From NCBI GenBank assembly GCA_963827685.1, contig CAWHBU010000006.1, forward strand, positions 32,001 through 96,000: a stretch of 64,000 bases of DNA, written 5' to 3'. The translations under genes were made by a program, and so were the position numbers. Shown one piece after another: positions 57,015 to 64,000 of this stretch (position 1 is the first letter of the stretch; every line of letters begins with the position of its first letter). The notes under the pieces were generated by a model. That model was not told where the DNA came from. It saw nothing but the letters and a program-made list of their open reading frames with translations, and ran no database searches. The DNA comes from an uncultured delta proteobacterium (lineage in GTDB: Bacteria > Desulfobacterota > BSN033 > UBA1163).

Positions 57015-58550
57015 TTATACCTTCCGCTCCTTTCCTTTCCAATGCTCGTCACGCAAAATCTTCTTCTTTATTTTCCCACCAACGGTCCTCGGAAAGTCAT
57101 TCACGAATTCAACTTCCTTAGGTCGTTTAAATCCGCCCAAATAACTGTTGCAATGGTTGATTATTTCTTCCTTTGTAACCGTCCGGCCGGTTTTGACCAC
57201 AATCATGGCCTTGACCCTTTCTCCCCATTTCTCATCTGGAATTCCAATAACGACGCATTCCATGACCGCTGGGTGAAGCTTTAAGATATCCTCGATTTCT
57301 CGTGGATAAATATTCTCCCCCCCGCTAATAATCATGTCTGTCTTTCGATCTACGATGTAGAAATAATTTTCCTCATCTCTGATTCCCAAATCACCGGCGG
57401 AAAACCATTCTCCCTTTAAGGCTTCACCAGTTTTTCCCGGATTTTTATAATATTCATCAAAACGGCCGACACATTTTGAAAAAATTTCACCAACCTCTCC
57501 TGGAGGGAGCACACATCCGTTCTCATCCCGAATTTCCACCTCCGCCCCAAAACATGGCTGACCACAGCAACGAATCTTTCTCAGTTGATCTTCGGGTTTA
57601 AGAATCGTTAAAAACCCTGATTCACTTGCTGCATACCACTCATACAAGACTGGCCCCATTTTTCTCATGACGGCTTCTTTGACCTGGGTTGGTAACGGAG
57701 CGGCGACTGACAATAGCATCCTTAAGGAGTTAAAACAGGTTTTCTCTAATCGAGGGCTGTGGAGAACCATATCGATCATTGTCGGAACCATAAGGGTTGC
57801 AGTGATATTTTCTTTTTCAATCACTTCTAACGCTTTATCGGGATTAAACTCCTTTCCAACAAAAATGGAGCCCCCTACCTGTAGAACCATGAGAGGAATC
57901 CATGTTACTCCGTGGAAAAAGGGACTGTTTGCTAAAAAATAATCATTTCCGTTAAGTCCGAAGGCAATCAATCCATGACAGAAAGCCAAAGTCATACGTT
58001 TAAAAGAACGAATAACCCCCTTCGGGTCTCCGGTTGTTCCTGAGGTATACATCAGTTGGCAAGGATTTTCCCAATCGACGATTACCTGAGGTTCTCCGTC
58101 CGAACTGGGAGACAAAACGTTTTCATACGCCTTCCATTCGGATGTTAAGGGGCTCCCGATCACAATCACCCCATTTGAATGAATATTTTTCAACTGACTT
58201 CGGATCGATAAGAAATTCTGTTGATATTCCTCACTCAATATCATCATAACGGCATCGGAATGATTGAATAAGACAACGATCTCATTAGGGTTAAGCCAAT
58301 AATTTAGAGTAACGATACATACTCCTATTTTTGCACAGGCATGAAATACTTCCATATATTCAATACAATTTTTCGCATAAATTGCGATTTTGTCTCCTTG
58401 TTTCAATCCCAGACCCATTAAACCATTGGCCAGTTGATTAACCCTTTGGTTAAATTGTCTATAGGTTAATTTTTTATTTTCATCTGCTATGCAATTCTTA
58501 TTGGGATGATTTGCAACATTCATCCTTAAGGTATCACCTATCGTTATCAT
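57015..58550 (-). CDS. Acyl-CoA synthetase
   Basis: YTSGTTGDPKG, YAASE, AGDLG, PRTVGGKI. Confidence 0.92.
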   Translation of the reverse strand: MITIGDTLRMNVANHPNKNCIADENKKLTYRQFNQRVNQLANGLMGLGLKQGDKIAIYAKNCIEYMEVFHACAKIGVCIVTLNYWLNPNEIVVLFNHSDAVMMILSEEYQQNFLSIRSQLKNIHSNGVIVIGSPLTSEWKAYENVLSPSSDGEPQVIVDWENPCQLMYTSGTTGDPKGVIRSFKRMTLAFCHGLIAFGLNGNDYFLANSPFFHGVTWIPLMVLQVGGSIFVGKEFNPDKALEVIEKENITATLMVPTMIDMVLHSPRLEKTCFNSLRMLLSVAAPLPTQVKEAVMRKMGPVLYEWYAASESGFLTILKPEDQLRKIRCCGQPCFGAEVEIRDENGCVLPPGEVGEIFSKCVGRFDEYYKNPGKTGEALKGEWFSAGDLGIRDEENYFYIVDRKTDMIISGGENIYPREIEDILKLHPAVMECVVIGIPDEKWGERVKAMIVVKTGRTVTKEEIINHCNSYLGGFKRPKEVEFVNDFPRTVGGKIKKKILRDEHWKGKERKV

Positions 58551-58583
58551 GTCTTCCCTCCGACATATCTTTTTAAATAAATA

Positions 58584-59288
58584 TTAGATCCCCAAATAGG
58601 CCTTTTTTAAACTCTCGTCTTCCAGTAAGTTTTTTCCTGTATTTTCCATGATGATGCGACCGTTTTCTAAAACATACCCTCGATCAGCTATTTGCAGCGC
58701 ATTAACTACATTTTGCTCAACCAACAGAATAGTTGCCCCTTGGGTTTGAATATTCTTAATGATTTTGAAATTATTTTTAACCATCATCGGCGCCAATCCT
58801 AAAGAGGGCTCATCCAACATCAATAATTTCGGCTGGGCCATCAGCCCACGCCCCATGGCCAACATCTGCTGTTCTCCTCCGCTGAGCGAACCAGCCAGCT
58901 GTTTCATCCTTCCGGAAAGTGGTGGGAAAAGGGCTAAAACCGTATTCAATGATTGATGCCCCCCCGATCTTGCTCTCTGATTATAGGCGCCAATCTCCAG
59001 ATTCTCCAAAACCGTCATTTGGGGAAAGACTTTCCTTCCTTCAGGGACTTGGATGACGCCTCTTCCTACAATCCGATTGGGGGGCTCCCGATCTATACGG
59101 ATTCCTTCGAATAATATTTCCCCGGTTCGGGGAGTCAAGATACCCGAAATCGTATTCAATGTGGTGGTCTTACCGGCGGCATTCGATCCCACAATACTCA
59201 CAATTTCCGCCCGCGACACTTTTAGCGATATTCCCCATAGAGATCGCACTTCGCCGTAAAAAACATCAATCTTTTTTATTTCCAGCAA
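58584..59288 (-). CDS. livF: ABC ATPase
   Basis: GSNAAGKT, LSGGEQQML, DEPSLGLAP. Confidence 0.92.
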   Translation of the reverse strand: MLEIKKIDVFYGEVRSLWGISLKVSRAEIVSIVGSNAAGKTTTLNTISGILTPRTGEILFEGIRIDREPPNRIVGRGVIQVPEGRKVFPQMTVLENLEIGAYNQRARSGGHQSLNTVLALFPPLSGRMKQLAGSLSGGEQQMLAMGRGLMAQPKLLMLDEPSLGLAPMMVKNNFKIIKNIQTQGATILLVEQNVVNALQIADRGYVLENGRIIMENTGKNLLEDESLKKAYLGI

Positions 59289-61074
59289 TAAAGTATTCCT
59301 CCCCTAAATAGGCTTCAATAACTTTCCGGTCTTTCGCGATCTCTTCCGGAACTCCCTCGGAAATCTTCTCTCCATGATTTAAAACGATGATTCTTTGACA
59401 AAGAGACATAATGACGGGCATCACATGTTCAATAATCATGACGGTAATACCTCTTTCGCTAATCTTCCGAATAAGACCCACAGTCTCAGAGACCTCTCGT
59501 TGGTTTAACCCCGCCATTACTTCATCTAAAAGAATTAAATCCGGTTGGGTGGCTAGTGCCTTGGCCAATTCTAAACGCTTTTTATCCGGAAGCGTGAGGC
59601 TGTGCGCCAGCGTATCTTGTTTTTCCCCCAATCCAACATATCCTAATATTTCTTTTGCAAGATCGGCCGCTAAAGCGATGTTCGACAGATGGCAAAAGCC
59701 GCCTGTAGTAACGTTGTCAAGCACACTCATATTGCCAAAGGGTTTTACAATTTGGAAAGTGCGGCCCATGCCTTGTTGGCAAAGGATATAGGGTTTAACA
59801 CCATTTACTTCCAATCCCTTAAAAATGACACGCCCGTTATCAGGAGCATAAAACCCCGAAATGACGTTAAATAATGTTGTCTTCCCCGCACCATTGGGAC
59901 CGATTAACCCAAATATTTCCCCCGGTCTTATTTTCAGGTTGACTTTGGAAATGGCTTTTAGCCCCCCAAAATATTTGGAAAGATCTTGCACCTCCAACAA
60001 AAAGGGGCTTGAATAATTTTTTATAAGAGGGGAGGGCGCATACGGATGAGATGATTGGGCAGGCGGATTCTTCGGGAAATTTTCTTTTTCCCCGGAATTT
60101 GGCAACCGGGTTAAAAGTCTATGATATTTTTTCCTTACCCCCGCCATGATCCCATGAGGCATATAATGCACGACTAGAATTAGGATCACGCCATAAATGA
60201 TTAAATGGGCCCCTCTGGATATCCCACCCATTTCTGCCCTTAAAAACTCTCCTAAGGGGACCATTAAAAAAGATCCGATTACGGGGCCCAGGACCGTCCC
60301 AGTTCCACCGATAATAGTAACCAAAACCATTTTTATGGAAAGCTCTAGTGAAAATACGGCATCAGGGTCTATAAATAAAATGTACTGAGAATAAAAAGTT
60401 CCTGCGATAGAACAAAAAAAAGCGCTAATCGTCATGGCAATGAGTTTATACCTGGGAGTGTCGATTCCCAAAGCCCGAGCGCCATCCTCATCCTCCCGTA
60501 GGGCCGAGAGATAAAAACCACACTTGGATTTTCTTACGAGAAAGGAGACGACCGAAACAACAAATATCAGTAAAAGTGCCAAATAAGCGTAGGTCATTTT
60601 GCTCGTAAACACAAAATTTTTTAAAGCGGGGTTGAACGGAATTCCCACGCCGACCGAACCTTCGGTGACTTGTCTCCAATGGATGGCTACAATATGCATC
60701 ACCTCTGCAAACGCAATCGTGGACAGAGCAAAAAATGGACCGTGCAGCCTGAAACTGGGATATCCCACCAGGGCGGAAACGATCACGGACAGAAAGGCCC
60801 CCATAAACATCCCCCACCAAGGAGAAATACCAAAGTTGAAATAAAGAAGCGTCGAAGTGTACGCTCCGATTCCAAAGAAAGCGGTATGTCCTAATGAAAT
60901 TTGTCCCGCATACCCCCCCACGAAATTCCAGGCTGATCCCAAAACCGCATATAACATTGTTAAGATAAATATGTGTAAAAGAAATGGATCAAAAAAAGTT
61001 GGAGAAATTATCAATAAAATGAGAGCAATGAATGGAACATAATATTTTGGACGAAATATTTCTCTAAGATACAT
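59266..61074 (-). CDS. Fused LivM permease-LivG ATPase
   Basis: N-half GYAGQISLGH..TIAFAE; C-half GPNGAGKT, DEVMAGL, EAYLG. Confidence 0.9.
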   Translation of the reverse strand: MYLREIFRPKYYVPFIALILLIISPTFFDPFLLHIFILTMLYAVLGSAWNFVGGYAGQISLGHTAFFGIGAYTSTLLYFNFGISPWWGMFMGAFLSVIVSALVGYPSFRLHGPFFALSTIAFAEVMHIVAIHWRQVTEGSVGVGIPFNPALKNFVFTSKMTYAYLALLLIFVVSVVSFLVRKSKCGFYLSALREDEDGARALGIDTPRYKLIAMTISAFFCSIAGTFYSQYILFIDPDAVFSLELSIKMVLVTIIGGTGTVLGPVIGSFLMVPLGEFLRAEMGGISRGAHLIIYGVILILVVHYMPHGIMAGVRKKYHRLLTRLPNSGEKENFPKNPPAQSSHPYAPSPLIKNYSSPFLLEVQDLSKYFGGLKAISKVNLKIRPGEIFGLIGPNGAGKTTLFNVISGFYAPDNGRVIFKGLEVNGVKPYILCQQGMGRTFQIVKPFGNMSVLDNVTTGGFCHLSNIALAADLAKEILGYVGLGEKQDTLAHSLTLPDKKRLELAKALATQPDLILLDEVMAGLNQREVSETVGLIRKISERGITVMIIEHVMPVIMSLCQRIIVLNHGEKISEGVPEEIAKDRKVIEAYLGEEYFIAGNKKD

Positions 61075-61087
61075 GGGAAAGCTCTTT

Positions 61088-61957
61088 TTAATTATTTTTC
61101 AAGCTTATCAAACCTGTAGGTTTAAAAATTAATAAAAACCAAAAAATTATGAAGTAAATTGCTTCTTTGAAAGATGGGCTGACAAAATAGCCGCTTAACG
61201 ATTCAATTAAGCCGATGATTAAGCCGCCGATGAAAGCTCCACCCATGCTCCCCAGCCCGCCCATGACCACAACCACAAAAGCAATTAAAACGAAATAGGC
61301 CCCCACCGAAGGAAATACATAGTAAATAGGGATGAGTAAGGCGCTCGCGATCCCCACGCAAGCGGACCCTATGCCAAAGGCTAAAATAAAAATACGCTTG
61401 ATGTCTATCCCCATTAATAATGCAGCGTCTTGATTCTGACCCGTTGCCCGGATTGCTTTTCCGACATAGGTCTTTTTAAGGAAAAAATAAAGCGCGGCCA
61501 TCACTCCCACGGCGGCTAAAAAAGCAATCAAGCGGGGCAAACTGACCGTAAAGGGACCTACCCTGAGAAGAATGCTGGAATACCCGCTTTTAACGGTTCG
61601 ATAGTCTGCTTTCCATAAAAAAAGTGCCAGATTTTGTAATACGATGGAAAGTCCGATCGCAACGAAGATATGACTCCCTTCGGGGGCGTTCAAGATCGGT
61701 TGAAAAATTATACGCTGAACGAACATGCCAAAGAAAAAAAACAATGGCGTTATGATTAAAATTGAAAAATATGGATCGAAACCGAGGAGAATATATAGCC
61801 AATAACAAACATACATCCCGACCATTAAAAATTCACCATGGGCAAAATTAACGATCCGGATCACACCGAAGATGAGGGTGAGTCCTAAGCTGATCAAGCC
61901 ATAAATCCCTCCCATCATTAAGCCGTTGATGATTACCGTCACAGTCGTTTCAAGCAT
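61088..61957 (-). CDS. livH: ABC permease
   Basis: GLTLIFGVIRIVNFAHGE, GKAIRA, MGGLGS. Confidence 0.92.
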   Translation of the reverse strand: MLETTVTVIINGLMMGGIYGLISLGLTLIFGVIRIVNFAHGEFLMVGMYVCYWLYILLGFDPYFSILIITPLFFFFGMFVQRIIFQPILNAPEGSHIFVAIGLSIVLQNLALFLWKADYRTVKSGYSSILLRVGPFTVSLPRLIAFLAAVGVMAALYFFLKKTYVGKAIRATGQNQDAALLMGIDIKRIFILAFGIGSACVGIASALLIPIYYVFPSVGAYFVLIAFVVVVMGGLGSMGGAFIGGLIIGLIESLSGYFVSPSFKEAIYFIIFWFLLIFKPTGLISLKNN

Positions 61958-62005
61958 TGTCCGCCCAGTTTAGATATTTAATATTTGCGACGCATTCGGA
62001 CATTT

Positions 62006-62051
62006 CCGGAAGAAAAAGGAAGGAGGATATCCGGCCCCCTTCCTTCTCCGG
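62006..62051 (-). terminator. Stem-loop after the SBP gene
   Basis: AAGGAAGG / CCTTCCTT stem inside CCGG..CCGG, with a T-rich stretch on the minus strand. Confidence 0.5.
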
Positions 62052-62070
62052 TTCAACAATTGCTTTCTTG

Positions 62071-63333
62071 CTATTTTTTATCCCTCTCTTGCCACGTCGG
62101 CAGGGGAATTACCGGATTCGAATATTGTGCACTCTTGGGCCACAAGACATGTTGGGATCCGTCTTTCCATTGAGTCAGGTACATGAATGATCTTGAATTC
62201 TGCCCTGGATGCGGTTTCCCCGGACCAAAAAATTTTACACCCCACCCAGACGAAGTTGTCCAGAGAGGAATATCTGTTTCCCAAGCTGCCTTCGCAATGG
62301 CTTCATGTTCCAGAGATCCTGCCCGTTTGATGATGTCAAAAAGCGCCAAGGCGCCCATGTAAGCTGTTTGCGGAACAGGATATAGCAGCGGCTCTTTATA
62401 TTTCTGTTGATATCTTTTTTGGAATTCCTCAGCACCCGGTACGGCATTTTTATTTATATGGACGGGGGCATATTCTGTGTTTAAAATATAGTTTAAATCT
62501 TTCCCTAAAGCCTTATAAGTATCCGGCGTCCCCCATCCCCCGCCTAATCCTTGCCACACCTTCACGTTAAAATTCAACTCTTTGGCCTGCCGGAGCAACA
62601 GGATGGCATCGGGTGTATAGGAAGCCGCCATAAAGACATCCGGTTGGGCGGCTTTCATTCTGAGGATTGTAGAAGATAGGTCAACACTCTTAGCGCTATA
62701 AGCCTCATTAGCCACAATATTTGTAAATCCGAATTTCGGCAAGGTTTCCATCGCATATTTGGCGGTCGTCGTGCCAAAAAGAGTATCTTCATAGGCGATG
62801 GCGATTTTAAGTTTATCCGGCGCTATGCCCAGCTTTGGACACAAGACTTCTTTATAAAAATCAGCGGCCACATCAATAAAATTACTCCCGCGAGGCGTCA
62901 GCCTCCAAACGTATTGTAATCCACGTGCAGTGATAGCGTCGGAAACAGCAGCGACCACTTCAAAATAGGGTACTTCATATCTGTTGGACACTTCGCTGGC
63001 CGCAGAACAAACGGAACTCGAATAAGTCCCCATGATTAATTTTACTTTTTCTTTGGTGATGAGTCTTTCCGCCTCTCCCGCCCCCTCTGTTGCGCCTGGG
63101 GCATCACTGATAACCAGTTCAATTTTCTTCCCTAATAATCCCCCTTTCTCGTTTTGGAAATCTACCGCGATTTTTATGCCCTTCAATGACTCATTTCCCT
63201 CATGTGCAACTACCCCGCTTAAAGGTAAAATGACCCCCAGTCTTAAGGGACCGGCATTGCATTCTCGAGAATAGGCAGCTAAACAAACAAAAATTGACAA
63301 TACAACAAGCAACATCCTCATAAATAATTTCAT
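62071..63333 (-). CDS. ABC transporter substrate-binding protein (Liv-type)
   Basis: Signal peptide, GVILPLSG, NEKGGLLGKKIE, GTYSSSV. Confidence 0.9.
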   Translation of the reverse strand: MKLFMRMLLVVLSIFVCLAAYSRECNAGPLRLGVILPLSGVVAHEGNESLKGIKIAVDFQNEKGGLLGKKIELVISDAPGATEGAGEAERLITKEKVKLIMGTYSSSVCSAASEVSNRYEVPYFEVVAAVSDAITARGLQYVWRLTPRGSNFIDVAADFYKEVLCPKLGIAPDKLKIAIAYEDTLFGTTTAKYAMETLPKFGFTNIVANEAYSAKSVDLSSTILRMKAAQPDVFMAASYTPDAILLLRQAKELNFNVKVWQGLGGGWGTPDTYKALGKDLNYILNTEYAPVHINKNAVPGAEEFQKRYQQKYKEPLLYPVPQTAYMGALALFDIIKRAGSLEHEAIAKAAWETDIPLWTTSSGWGVKFFGPGKPHPGQNSRSFMYLTQWKDGSQHVLWPKSAQYSNPVIPLPTWQERDKK

Positions 63334-63478
63334 CGCTCCACCTCCTAAATAATAGTTGTTTATCTGGATAACTTGGCCTTTAATTTTTCAAGATGCCCAG
63401 TCTCTTATTCCTATTTTTAATCAGTAGGCCTTCATCCCTCCTTTCATCGAATCTAAGCGATTCATCAATGAACCCACT

Positions 63479-64000
63479 TCAACTCAGGTCAAAGCAGTTC
63501 CTAACTCTGGGTTCAGATCCCATGTCTTTTAAGACAAAATCTTTTTCCTTCAAAAGACCGTTTAATGACAAGTCAACGATTGCTTTCCGCATTTCTGATT
63601 GGTCGGCATACCCCTTGAGGTCCCACTGGCAGAGAATCCATGCATCTACAATAAATTTAATTAAATTGACAACCAGCCTTACGTTAACTTCCCGAAAAGC
63701 CCCTTTTTTGATGCAATCTCTAATAACGACTTCGTATTTTTCGACATGCTCCCTTTCTCTTTTAAACAATTTTTTCAAGTTATTCTTCTTTAACCGGTGG
63801 GCCTCTCGGTAAATTGTTAGAATCGCACCCGCCCATTGACACTGAAGATTAAATTCAGCTCCAATCATTTGAATTAATTTTTGAACCGGGTCGTCAATGG
63901 TTTCCATAATTTTATTTAATTCCTGATCCACAAGATCAGCCATAAACATATGGATCAGAAGCAGAACATCTTCTTTGGAACCGATATAGTCATAGATATT
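63479..64000 (-). CDS. TetR/AcrR family regulator (5' truncated by window)
   Basis: Frame is open to the window edge: NIYDYIGSKEDVL (end of TetR HTH), plus I..GAFR.V in the C-domain. Confidence 0.82.
   Translation of the reverse strand, partial: NIYDYIGSKEDVLLLIHMFMADLVDQELNKIMETIDDPVQKLIQMIGAEFNLQCQWAGAILTIYREAHRLKKNNLKKLFKREREHVEKYEVVIRDCIKKGAFREVNVRLVVNLIKFIVDAWILCQWDLKGYADQSEMRKAIVDLSLNGLLKEKDFVLKDMGSEPRVRNCFDLS

Noticed and set aside
59266-61074. LivM-LivG fusion as a novelty
   Set aside because: This fusion is common among Liv-type transporters.
1-64000. CRISPR arrays, tRNA/rRNA genes, selenocysteine or pyrrolysine read-through
   Set aside because: No repeat-spacer periodicity or RNA gene signatures seen. 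No gene appears interrupted by an in-frame TGA/TAG with continuing homology.

Overview
Bacterial chromosomal window, probably from an anaerobic Desulfobacterota (deltaproteobacterial) genome. This is inferred from CIRCE-controlled rpoH, DUF1844, AOR and a dense set of CoA-ester enzymes. Bases 1-10.5 kb hold signalling and housekeeping genes: REC-GGDEF, PilZ, prpE-like ligase, mltD, degP, rpoH, coaBC. Bases 10.8-52 kb form a nearly all plus-strand catabolic region with four parts: (i) OYE reductase, SDR, two crotonases, CoA ligase, Zn-ADH, ACAD, a four-subunit ATP-dependent class I benzoyl-CoA-reductase/2-hydroxyacyl-CoA-dehydratase-like complex and DUF169; (ii) LutABC, LarA, split UxaA/SuyAB-like dehydratase and IlvD; (iii) Liv-type ABC transporter, CoA ligase and AOR; (iv) a second Liv transporter enclosing a heterodimeric family III CoA-transferase. 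Bases 52.9-64 kb are a visibly AT-richer minus-strand operon: TetR, Liv transporter, ligase, crotonase, an ACAD with a wHTH-like tail and an M24 hydrolase. Intergenic DNA carries gene scars (RAYT, thiolase, OYE, ORF6N), two inverted-repeat elements and several 7-bp-periodic repeat elements. Two of the latter sit at the same livG-livF junction of different operons. I saw no rRNA, tRNA or CRISPR array. All product calls come from motif recognition by eye, not from database searches.
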